From Acidobacteriaceae bacterium (lineage in GTDB: Bacteria; Acidobacteriota; Terriglobia; Terriglobales; Acidobacteriaceae), in contig CBDASL010000001.1 of assembly GCA_965199635.1 (NCBI GenBank), positions 1,275,422 through 1,339,421 of the forward strand: 64,000 bases of DNA, given 5' to 3'. This document shows positions 18,117-28,191 of this stretch, piece after piece. The notes below the pieces were generated by a model. The model did not search any database. It was not told where the DNA came from and saw only the letters and a program-made list of their open reading frames with translations. How positions within the stretch are numbered: position 1 is the stretch's first letter; each line of letters starts with the position of its first letter. A program made the position numbers and the translations under genes.

Positions 18117-18365
18117 GTGGGGCTGGATATTCGTGTGCCGCTGGGGCTTATCTTTTTGATCATCGGCGGCATCATGGCCGCTTACGGGGCAGTGACCAAC
18201 GGCAGCGCTATGTACCAACGCTCGCTGGGGATCAACCTTAACCTCATCTGGGGTGTGCTCATGATGGTGTTTGGGGCCGTGATGTTCTTTGTTGGCCGCC
18301 GGCAGAAGTGGCAGGACGACCCCGGCACGCCCAGGCCGTGGGAAAAGGGCAGGGGTCCCCGGTAG
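18117..18365 (+). CDS. small two-TM membrane protein downstream of the symporter
   Basis: A GTG at 18117 is preceded by AGGAGG (18105-18110). Sequence VGLDIRVPLGLIFLIIGGIMAAYG...IWGVLMMVFGAVMFFVGRR. The ORF-track start at 18018 overlaps the symporter gene. Confidence 0.5.
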   Translation: MGLDIRVPLGLIFLIIGGIMAAYGAVTNGSAMYQRSLGINLNLIWGVLMMVFGAVMFFVGRRQKWQDDPGTPRPWEKGRGPR

Positions 18366-18430
18366 TCCTCATGAGGCCGGCCGTGCGATACTTTCCGTGG
18401 CAGTGTGGCGCCGGTGGGCTGGCGCTCAGG

Positions 18431-18517
18431 GCCGGGATGGCGGAACTGGCAGACGCAGCGGACTCAAAATCCGCCGAGGGCAACCTCGTGGGGGTTCGAC
18501 CCCCCCTCCCGGCACCA
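18431..18517 (+). tRNA. tRNA-Leu (anticodon CAA), encoded CCA
   Basis: Acceptor stem GCCGGGA/TCCCGGC. Anticodon arm GCGGA-CUCAAAA-UCCGC. Long variable arm CGAGGGCAACCUCGUG. T-arm GGGGG-UUCGACC-CCCCC. Ends ACCA. Confidence 0.9.
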
Positions 18518-18573
18518 GTTGCAGGGAGGGATGCAACCGAAGAGTAACGTGTCTTTGTTATCCTTAAGCCATT

Positions 18574-19638
18574 ATGGCTATGTCCAAGCAGGACCTTCTC
18601 CAGCGCACCATTGAGCACATCGACATCAAGCAGCATGACGTGACCGCGTTGGTGGACGCGATGGGGTCGATGGCGTTCAGTTCGCGGGATCTTCACCGCG
18701 CCGCGTCAATCTACGACCGCATGCTGCGTGACACCGACTGCGGAGTGATTCTGTGCCTGGCGGGCTCCATGGTGAGCGCCGGCCTGAAGCAGGTCTTTAT
18801 CGACCTGATCCGCAACAACATGGTTGACGCAATCGTCTCAACCGGCGCCAACATCGTCGATCAGGATTTCTTCGAGTCGCTCGGGTTCAAACACTACATC
18901 GCGGACGAGGTGCTCAAGGGCGGCACAGAAGACGGCACGCTCCGCGAGCTCATGATCGATCGCATCTATGACACGCTGATCGACGAGAGCGAACTCCGGG
19001 TCTGCGACGACATCATGAAGCAGATCATCGACAGCCTCGAGCCACGTGCCTACAGCTCGCGCGAGGTGATCCACGCCATGGGCGCCTACCTCGAGCGCGA
19101 GGGCAAGATCCCGGCGAAGGGTGGCGTGGACGGTCTTGTCTGGGCCGCTTATGAGAAGGATGTGCCCATCTTCTGCCCGGCGTTCTCCGACTGCTCCGCC
19201 GGCTTCGGCATCGTGGCTCACCAGCACGAGCGACAGGGCAAGCCGATCGTCTCATTCGACTCCGGCAAGGACTTCTACGAGCTGACCAGGCTCAAGATGG
19301 AAAATCCCACCACCGGCCTCTTCATGCTTGGTGGCGGAGTGCCCAAGAACTTTGCGCAGGATATCGTCGTCGCCGCCGACGTGCTTGGCGTTGACGCCTC
19401 CATGCACAAGTACGCCATCCAGATCACGGTAGCCGACGTTCGTGACGGCGCCCTGAGCTCCAGCACCCTCAAGGAAGCGAGCTCGTGGGGCAAGGTCGAT
19501 ACCGTGTACGAGCAGATGGTCTACTCCGAGGCAACGCTCGCCGTGCCGCTGATCGCTGGCTATGCCTTTCACAAGGGCGCAGCTCAGGCAAGAAGCGGCA
19601 AGCGGCTGTCGCGCGTGCTCGATCCGGTCAACGTTTAG
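18574..19638 (+). CDS. deoxyhypusine synthase family protein (bacterial DHS-like / homospermidine-synthase-like)
   Basis: MLGGGVPKNF and DGALSSSTLKEASSWGKV match the eukaryotic DHS ...EAVSWGK catalytic-lysine region. Confidence 0.8.
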   Translation: MAMSKQDLLQRTIEHIDIKQHDVTALVDAMGSMAFSSRDLHRAASIYDRMLRDTDCGVILCLAGSMVSAGLKQVFIDLIRNNMVDAIVSTGANIVDQDFFESLGFKHYIADEVLKGGTEDGTLRELMIDRIYDTLIDESELRVCDDIMKQIIDSLEPRAYSSREVIHAMGAYLEREGKIPAKGGVDGLVWAAYEKDVPIFCPAFSDCSAGFGIVAHQHERQGKPIVSFDSGKDFYELTRLKMENPTTGLFMLGGGVPKNFAQDIVVAADVLGVDASMHKYAIQITVADVRDGALSSSTLKEASSWGKVDTVYEQMVYSEATLAVPLIAGYAFHKGAAQARSGKRLSRVLDPVNV

Positions 19639-19660
19639 CGAGCAGCACATGCAGGAAAAA

Positions 19661-19688
19661 GGGGCCGCGACACCGCGGCCCCTTTCCC
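19661..19688 (+). terminator. intrinsic terminator after the DHS-like gene
   Basis: ggggccgcg-acac-cgcggcccc is a 9-bp GC stem, followed by tttccc. Confidence 0.6.
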
Positions 19689-19734
19689 ATTACTCGTGGC
19701 TCCAGGAGTGATCGCGCTGTGAGACCATGCTTGC

Positions 19735-20877
19735 TTGAAGCAGTCAGGAGCTGTTGTGGTGGATGAAAGATACAAGCGCCGTTTCTCCGCACCGGGTCGG
19801 GTCAACCTCATCGGGGAGCACACCGATTACACTGGCGGGCTTGTGCTGCCAATGGCTATCGAGTTCGAAACAGTAGCCGAGATCACGTCGCGCGCAGACC
19901 GAACTGTCTCCTTCTCCTCGAGCAACTTCGAGGGTGAAACCAGCTACCCACTCGAGGGCTTTCCGGAGCGCGGCCGCAGGCACTGGAGCGACTATCCCGC
20001 CGGTGTCGTCAAAATGCTTCGCGAGGCCGGTATCGATGTACGCGGCTTCAGCATGCAGATATCCGGCAACGTGCCGCTTGGCGCAGGCCTCAGTTCCTCG
20101 GCGTCGATCGAAGTCGCCACGGCAGTCGCTGTTCTGATGGAGTCGGGCGCGATGCTGCCCGCTGAAACCATCGCGCGTCTCTGCCAGCGCGCCGAGAACG
20201 AGTTCGTCGGTGGCGCCTGTGGCATCATGGATCAGTTCGTGATCACCAGCGGGCGAAAGGGCCATGCGCTGATGCTCGATACGCGCTCGCTTGCCTACGA
20301 TCTGCTGCCGCTGCCGGAGAGCATCCGCGTGGTCATCTGTAACTCCATGGTGAAGCACGAGGTGGCGCACGGGGAATACGGTGATCGGCGCGGCGAGGTG
20401 GAAGCGGGGCAGGCGGCCATCCGACGCGCTCGACCAAACATCGCCATGCTGCGGGATGCGACGCTTGACGACCTTGAAGCGGCAAAGCCCACGATGTCGG
20501 AAGCATCCTTTCTCCGCGCGCGTCACGTCATCACCGAGAATGCTCGCGTCCTGCGCGCACGCGATGCACTTGCAAACGGTGACATGCAGACCTTTGGTGA
20601 GCTGATGGTCACAGCGCATGCCAGCTTCCGGGATGACTTTCAGGCAAGCTGTGCAGAGGTCGATGGTCTGGTCGAACTCGCCACGGCGCTTCCGGGCTGC
20701 TTTGGCGCACGCATCACGGGCGGCGGCTTTGGCGGGTGCACCGTCAACGTGGTAGCACGTGAGAGAGCTGAGAGATTCCGGGAGGAGCTGATGGCGGGAT
20801 ACAAGCAACAGTTTGGCATCGAGGCAGAGTGCTACATCTCAAACGCGGCAGATGGCGCTCTGGCGAGGCTCCGATGA
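19735..20877 (+). CDS. galK: galactokinase
   Basis: [15 protein letters not shown] signature and GHMP motif [14 protein letters not shown] start as given in the ORF track. Confidence 0.9.
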   Translation: MKQSGAVVVDERYKRRFSAPGRVNLIGEHTDYTGGLVLPMAIEFETVAEITSRADRTVSFSSSNFEGETSYPLEGFPERGRRHWSDYPAGVVKMLREAGIDVRGFSMQISGNVPLGAGLSSSASIEVATAVAVLMESGAMLPAETIARLCQRAENEFVGGACGIMDQFVITSGRKGHALMLDTRSLAYDLLPLPESIRVVICNSMVKHEVAHGEYGDRRGEVEAGQAAIRRARPNIAMLRDATLDDLEAAKPTMSEASFLRARHVITENARVLRARDALANGDMQTFGELMVTAHASFRDDFQASCAEVDGLVELATALPGCFGARITGGGFGGCTVNVVARERAERFREELMAGYKQQFGIEAECYISNAADGALARLR

Positions 20878-21899
20878 GCCTTTCCACCCAGCCCCATCGT
20901 CGTTGGAACCCGCTCAAGCGGGAGTGGATTTTGGTATCACCGCAACGGACGCAGCGCCCCTGGCAGGGCCAGACTGAGACCACTGCCCCCCCTCCCGCGC
21001 TGCACTACGATCCGACCTGCTATCTATGCCCCGGCAATGAACGTGCCGGTGGCAAACACAACGATAACTACACCTCCACCTTCGTCTTCGAAAACGACTA
21101 CGCCGCTCTCCGGTCTGTAACCGAGACGGTCAAGGAAGACGAGCAGGGACTTCTAGTCGGAGAGACTGAAGGCGGCACCTGTCGTGTGCTCTGCTTTTCG
21201 CCGCGACACGACCTGACACTGGCGAAGATGGAGGTGTCGGCCATCCGCGAGGTCGTCGACCTATGGGCCGAACAGACCGTTGAGCTGGGCAGCCGTCCGG
21301 AGATCGGATACGTGCAGATCTTCGAGAACCGGGGCGCCATGATGGGCGCCTCCAACCCCCATCCGCACGGGCAGGTTTGGGCGACGGAGCACCTGCCGGA
21401 CGAGATCGTGCTGGAGCTGAGCGCGCAGAAGGCTTACCTCGACGAACGCGGTGAGTCACTCCTCGACGCCTACCTGAAGCTTGAGCTGCAGCGCAAGGAA
21501 CGTGTTGTTCTCGAGAATGACCACTTCGTGGTTGTTGTGCCGTATTGGGCGGTCTGGCCCTTTGAAACGCTGGTCCTGCCGCGGGCCAGGGTGAGCCGCG
21601 TGGACGAGCTTAGCAATGAGCAGCGCAGCGGTCTTGCAGACATCCTGCAGCGGCTCACCTCGAGCTACGACCGCGTCTTTGACACTTCGTTCCCGTATTC
21701 CATGGGGCTGCACGGAGCGCCGGCTGACGGCCTGGCGCATCCCGAGTGGCAGTTCCACCTTCACTTCTACCCACCCTTGCTCCGCTCCGCCACCGTGCGG
21801 AAGTTCATGGTGGGCTTCGAGCTGTTGGCATCGCCGCAGCGGGACATCACGGCCGAGACAGCAGCCGAGGTGTTGCGCGCAGCGGTCGCGCGCTCCTGA
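20874..21899 (+). CDS. galT: galactose-1-phosphate uridylyltransferase
   Basis: The Met at 20874 overlaps the galK stop (ATGA). [28 protein letters not shown] and active-site [11 protein letters not shown] (HPH). Confidence 0.9.
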   Translation: MSLSTQPHRRWNPLKREWILVSPQRTQRPWQGQTETTAPPPALHYDPTCYLCPGNERAGGKHNDNYTSTFVFENDYAALRSVTETVKEDEQGLLVGETEGGTCRVLCFSPRHDLTLAKMEVSAIREVVDLWAEQTVELGSRPEIGYVQIFENRGAMMGASNPHPHGQVWATEHLPDEIVLELSAQKAYLDERGESLLDAYLKLELQRKERVVLENDHFVVVVPYWAVWPFETLVLPRARVSRVDELSNEQRSGLADILQRLTSSYDRVFDTSFPYSMGLHGAPADGLAHPEWQFHLHFYPPLLRSATVRKFMVGFELLASPQRDITAETAAEVLRAAVARS

Positions 21900-21920
21900 C
21901 CGGAGCGGAGAACGAGGGCA

Positions 21921-22340
21921 ATGGCTGAGCTTCCCAATCTGACTCCACGCGAAGCCGCCCGCATGTTGGGCATCAGCTACCCGACCATCAAGCAGTGGAT
22001 CCTGCAGGGCAAGTTGTCCACGATCACGACCCCCGGCGGACACCATCGCATCCCGCAGAAGAACCTCGAGCCATTCCTTGAGGCGAACCGCGGTCAGGGT
22101 GAAGAGCGCTCGCGTGCCCGCTTTCAACGTGTGAGTGGGCGTAACCAGTTGGTGGGAACGGTGGTGGATGTGCGCTTGGAGGGTCTTCTGGCCCAGGTGC
22201 GGCTGAAGATCGGCGATCAACAGATTACCGCCATCATCACTGCCGAAGCCGCCCGGGAGATGCAGCTGGCCAAGGGAGATCAGGCTGCAGCCCTGGTCAA
22301 GGCGACCGAGGTGATGATCGAGCGACTGGAAGAGTTTTGA
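21921..22340 (+). CDS. excisionase/MerR-type HTH + TOBE (Mop-like oxyanion-binding) domain regulator
   Basis: LTPREAARMLGISYPTIKQWILQGKL (HTH_17-like). VSGRNQLVGTVVDVRLEGLLAQVRLKIGDQQITAIITAEAAREMQLAKGDQAAALVKATEVMI (TOBE pattern). Confidence 0.7.
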   Translation: MAELPNLTPREAARMLGISYPTIKQWILQGKLSTITTPGGHHRIPQKNLEPFLEANRGQGEERSRARFQRVSGRNQLVGTVVDVRLEGLLAQVRLKIGDQQITAIITAEAAREMQLAKGDQAAALVKATEVMIERLEEF

Positions 22341-22469
22341 CGGCAGGCGTGAACTCGTTGTGCATGCAAATCTATACAAGTAGAATCGTATTGTTGCCGC
22401 CTGAGAGGAGTACCGAACGCTCGCTGCGTTCGCGAGTTCCACTCTCTCCGACGGCCCTACGGAGTCTGC

Positions 22470-25400
22470 GTGTCTCGTCGGTCCACCCTTTTCCCAGTCG
22501 CTCTGCTCGGGGCATTCCTGCCCCTCCACGCTCAGATCAGTAGCAGCTTGCAGGGACGCGTGGTCGATCCCTCGGGCGCGCCCGTCCCGGGTGCCGTGGT
22601 CGTCGTCACTGAGCTCAGTACCGGCGCCCGGCGTCAGACGCTGACCACGGCTGAAGGCCTGTTTAGTGTGGCCCAGGTCGAACCTGGACTGTACTCCGTC
22701 ACAGTATCGGCTGTGGGTTTCGCACCGCTCACCCGTCGTGGCATCACGCTCACCACTGGCTCCACAGCCAGGGTCGAGCTAGGCCTAGCTGTCGGCAGCG
22801 CGGAACAGACCGTCAACGTCACCGCAGATGCTCCCTTGCTCCAGCAGGGGCAAAGTGACATCCAGATGACGATTCCGGGGCATGAGATCGTCGGGCTGCC
22901 GCTGAATGGGAGAAACTTCGTTCTACTATCGCAGCTTGCGCCCGGTGTCTCACTCCCCCCCGGAACGCTGCTGCCGCGGATCAACGGCGGGCGCCCACGC
23001 ACCAACGAGTACCTCTTCGACGGCATCTCCGCGCTGCAGCCGGAGCCAGGGCAGGTTGCGTTCTTTCCCATCGTCGATGACATTGCGGAGTTCACCGTGG
23101 AGGCGAACAATGTGCCGGCCGAGTTCGGCCGTTTCAACGGCGGCGTCGTCAACGTGACTACCCGCTCCGGATCGAACGCCCTGCACTTCAGCCTGTATGA
23201 CTTCTTCCGCAACGAGGATCTGAACGCTCGCAACTACTTCTCCCGCACCGGCCCAAAGCCCGAATACCAGCGCAACCAGTACGGCGGCACGCTGGGTCTG
23301 CCGCTTTGGAAGGATCGCCTCTTCTTCTTCGGCGGCTATCAGGGCCAGAAGCTGCTGGAAGGGATTACCCGCATCTCCACCCTGCCCACCTTGGCGCAGC
23401 GGCAGGGAATCTTCACCGGAACGCACATCTACGATCCTGCAACGACCACATCGGCCAACGGGCAATACCTGCGGACCGAGTTCCCCGGCGACGTGATCAA
23501 TCGCCCGTTCGACCCAGCAGCTGCGGCCATTCTGGCGCAACTGCCTTTGCCAACCAACCCAACGGCGACGGCGAACAACTACAGCCGCACGGCCAACGAC
23601 GCCGATCACCAGAACCAGTTCGACGCGCGATTCGACGTTGCCGCGGGCCGGCGGGACCGTGCCTTTGTGCGCTACTCGTACTTCTCGGATGTGGAGCAGC
23701 CTGTCTACCCCCTCCCGACGTTGGGCGGCGCTATCTCCGGGACGACGGTTGGTACCGGCAATGTTTCCGGCCTCTCCAACGTGCTGGGACAGCAGGTTGT
23801 GCTGAACGAGACGCACACGCTCGGTGTGCGATCGCTCAACGATCTTCGCGCCGGCTACACGCGCCGAAGCAACGTCATCGGCGGTCCGATGCTGGGTGGC
23901 GCTTCGGGAGCGACGCTTGGCATCCCCGGTATACCGAGCAACGGCGCCTTCGCGAACGCGCTCCCCCTCTTCACCTTCTCTAACGGCGACCAGCAGATTG
24001 GGCCATCTGCCGGCACGAATTCCAACTACCAGACTGGCGTATGGGAGCTGGTGGACACCTACTCCACGCAGGTAGGTCGGCATGCGCTGAAGGCCGGCAT
24101 GGACCTCCGCTGGTACCAGCTCAACACGATCGCGCCACCCAACCCGACCGGATCATTTGCGTTCACGACCACAGGAACCGGGCTGCCGAGCGTCGCCGGC
24201 AGCGGCAACGCGCTCGCGAGTTTTCTGCTTGGGCAGGTCGATACGTTCCAGATCGATCTGCAGCAGGAGAAGCTGCGGCCCCGTGACTTCATCGAGGAGT
24301 ACTTCGCCCAGGACGACTGGCGTGTGACGCCGACGCTGACGCTGAACCTGGGGGCACGCTGGACACTGCACCATCCTTCGGTAGAAAAGAACAACCAGGG
24401 TGCGATCTTCAACCTTGCGACGGAGCAGCTGGACTACCTGGGGGTGGGTGGCAACCCGCGCAGCGCACGCGAGCTGCACTACGGCAACCTGGCACCGCGC
24501 ATCGGGTTCACCCTGTCGCTGACGCCGAAGACAGTGGTGCGTTCAGGGTATGGCATCGTGTTTATCGACCAGTCTGGCATTACGACGCCCTTCACTACGC
24601 CACAGTTCCCCTTTATCCAGAGCGTGGCGCAGCGGACGCAAGATAACGTCAACGCCGCCTTTACGCTGTCCAGCGGGCCAACGGTGGCTCCGATCCCGCT
24701 GACGCCGGATGCCGGGCTGGGTCAGAGTGTGTATGCGGCACAGCGGGCGCTGGGGTCAGGCTATGTGCAGCAATGGAACCTGGCGGTGCAGCGCGAAGTG
24801 TCGACCAATCTGTCGTTCGAGGTGGCCTATGTGGGGTCGCACATCGTGCATGTGGGCATCCCGGACCAGAACCTGAACCAGCTGACGACGACGCAGCTGG
24901 CTGAAGGAGCGCCCTTGCTCCAGAAGGTGGAGAACCCGTACTTCGGGCAGCTGCCGGCGTCCTCGACGATCGGCACCAGGACAGTGGCTGCGGCGCAGCT
25001 GCTGAAGCCCTATCCTCGCTTCCAGAATGTGGCGTATTACCGCAACAACACGGGGACCACGAACTACAACGCGCTTGAGGTGAAGGTTGAGAAGCGGCTG
25101 TCGCACAACCTGTCGTTGTTGGGCAGCTACACGAAGTCAAAGCTGATTGACGATGCGTCGTCAGTGTTCTCATCGACCGTGCTGTCGTCGCCGAATACCA
25201 GCAGCCTGGTTGCGGCGGACACGAACCGGCCATATCTGGAGCGGGACGCCTCAAACGGGGATGTGCCTAACGTGGGTTCGGTGAGCGTGTTGTACCAGTT
25301 TGGAACGCCGCGACTGAATGGCGCATTTGCACCGTTGGTCTCGCGCGTGTTGGGCGGGTGGTCGCTGAATGCAATTGGGTTGATGCAGTCGGGCATGCCA

Positions 25401-25799
25401 GTGACGGTGGTGCAGGCGAACAACCTGAACTCCTTTGCGGGCTTTGTGCTGCAGCGGCCAAACGTGACAGAGCCAACGGCGCTGCAGGCGGGGCAGCGGA
25501 CGACGGAGCGCTTCTTTCGGACAAGTGCCTTCTCAGCTGCGCCGCAGTTCACGCTGGGGAATGCGTCGCGCAACCCGGTGCGCGGGCCGGCCTATCGCGA
25601 TGTAGATGTGGCGGCGGTGAAGCACACGGCCATCGCGGAGCGGTTCGACCTGGAGTTGCGGGCGGAGGTCTTCGACCTAACCAACACACCGGCGTTCGCC
25701 CAGCCAAACGGAAGCTTCGGGAGCGCTGGTTTCGGGAGCATCACGTCGACGGTGGCGGACCCGCGGGTGGTCCAGTTTGCGCTGCGGCTGAGCCGGTAG
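22470..25799 (+). CDS. TonB-dependent receptor with N-terminal carboxypeptidase-regulatory-like domain
   Basis: Signal peptide. LQGRVVDPSGAPVPGAVVVVTEL...GLYSVTVSAVGF (CarboxypepD_reg). Plug region NGGRPRTNEYLFDGIS. 1109 aa ending in an aromatic-containing terminal strand ...VQFALRLSR. Confidence 0.85.
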   Translation: MSRRSTLFPVALLGAFLPLHAQISSSLQGRVVDPSGAPVPGAVVVVTELSTGARRQTLTTAEGLFSVAQVEPGLYSVTVSAVGFAPLTRRGITLTTGSTARVELGLAVGSAEQTVNVTADAPLLQQGQSDIQMTIPGHEIVGLPLNGRNFVLLSQLAPGVSLPPGTLLPRINGGRPRTNEYLFDGISALQPEPGQVAFFPIVDDIAEFTVEANNVPAEFGRFNGGVVNVTTRSGSNALHFSLYDFFRNEDLNARNYFSRTGPKPEYQRNQYGGTLGLPLWKDRLFFFGGYQGQKLLEGITRISTLPTLAQRQGIFTGTHIYDPATTTSANGQYLRTEFPGDVINRPFDPAAAAILAQLPLPTNPTATANNYSRTANDADHQNQFDARFDVAAGRRDRAFVRYSYFSDVEQPVYPLPTLGGAISGTTVGTGNVSGLSNVLGQQVVLNETHTLGVRSLNDLRAGYTRRSNVIGGPMLGGASGATLGIPGIPSNGAFANALPLFTFSNGDQQIGPSAGTNSNYQTGVWELVDTYSTQVGRHALKAGMDLRWYQLNTIAPPNPTGSFAFTTTGTGLPSVAGSGNALASFLLGQVDTFQIDLQQEKLRPRDFIEEYFAQDDWRVTPTLTLNLGARWTLHHPSVEKNNQGAIFNLATEQLDYLGVGGNPRSARELHYGNLAPRIGFTLSLTPKTVVRSGYGIVFIDQSGITTPFTTPQFPFIQSVAQRTQDNVNAAFTLSSGPTVAPIPLTPDAGLGQSVYAAQRALGSGYVQQWNLAVQREVSTNLSFEVAYVGSHIVHVGIPDQNLNQLTTTQLAEGAPLLQKVENPYFGQLPASSTIGTRTVAAAQLLKPYPRFQNVAYYRNNTGTTNYNALEVKVEKRLSHNLSLLGSYTKSKLIDDASSVFSSTVLSSPNTSSLVAADTNRPYLERDASNGDVPNVGSVSVLYQFGTPRLNGAFAPLVSRVLGGWSLNAIGLMQSGMPVTVVQANNLNSFAGFVLQRPNVTEPTALQAGQRTTERFFRTSAFSAAPQFTLGNASRNPVRGPAYRDVDVAAVKHTAIAERFDLELRAEVFDLTNTPAFAQPNGSFGSAGFGSITSTVADPRVVQFALRLSR

Positions 25800-25808
25800 A
25801 CTCGGGCC

Positions 25809-26240
25809 CTACTTCGCGAAGAGCTGGCTCGGATCGGCGAAGGCCTTGAACTCGAGAGCGTTGCCGGCCGGATCGTAGAAGAACATGGTGGCCTGCTCGC
25901 CGACCTCGCCCTGGAAGCGGATGTAGGGTTCGATGACGAAGCGAACGGAGGCGGCGCGGAGGCGGTCGGCAAAGGCCTGCCAGGTGGGCATGGGGAGGAC
26001 GACGCCGAAGTGAGGGACGGGGACGGCGTGACCATCTACGGCATTGTGGTGAGGATCATGGTGCGGGGCGGTAGCTGAGCGCGGGGCGAGGTGGGCGACG
26101 ATCTGGTGGCCGAAGAGGTTGAAGTCGATCCACTCGGAGGAGCTGCGGCCTTCGTCGCAGCCAAGGGTTTCGCCGTAGAAGTGGCGGGCGGCTGCGAGAT
26201 CGTCGACGGGGAAGGCGATGTGGAAGGGGGTGAGGGACAT
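25809..26240 (-). CDS. VOC (glyoxalase/bleomycin-resistance/dioxygenase) family protein
   Basis: From the Met at 26240: [28 protein letters not shown]...HFGVVL...[12 protein letters not shown]. Confidence 0.75.
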   Translation of the reverse strand: MSLTPFHIAFPVDDLAAARHFYGETLGCDEGRSSSEWIDFNLFGHQIVAHLAPRSATAPHHDPHHNAVDGHAVPVPHFGVVLPMPTWQAFADRLRAASVRFVIEPYIRFQGEVGEQATMFFYDPAGNALEFKAFADPSQLFAK

Positions 26241-26612
26241 GGGGAAGTCTCCGGATGGGGTATGGCCCTCCCTCCCCCTATGCTTTTCGTGCAAAGTATT
26301 CGAACAGAAGGGGTTAGGTCTGGACCAAAGGTGCGGTTGGCGTGGCGGCTTGCGGGGCTGCGACGGCTGGTCTGGGGTGGTGCCGAGGGTGAGGATAGCT
26401 GGTTTGTGGGGGGTTGATGCGCCAGCCTGGGCCTAGTTCTTTACGAGTCTCCGTCAGGCGGATCCCTTCGGGATGGCAACAAAGGAGGATCGGGCTAGAC
26501 CGGTTTCTGTGGTGGCGCAAGAGCGGCTGGCTCTTACGTATGTAGGTAGGTGGGCAGCGGAGCTCGGGGGGGCTGAGATCTCAGCTTCGGTAGGACCGCG
26601 GCTGGCGTGAGT

Positions 26613-28187
<1,575 letters not shown>

Positions 28188-28191
28188 GGGA

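Noticed and set aside
18431-18517. tRNA-Leu as an integration hot spot marking a genomic island.
   Set aside because: I found no integrase, no partial tRNA direct repeat downstream and no compositional break. The downstream genes (DHS-like, galKT) look chromosomal.
26572-26585. A perfect 14-bp palindrome, GCTGAGATCTCAGC, just downstream of the histidine kinase stop, within a roughly 370-nt gene-free stretch (26241-26612).
   Set aside because: It has no loop and no U-tract, so it is not a convincing terminator. There is a single copy in the window, so it is not a repeat family. I cannot support any ncRNA in this gap from sequence alone.
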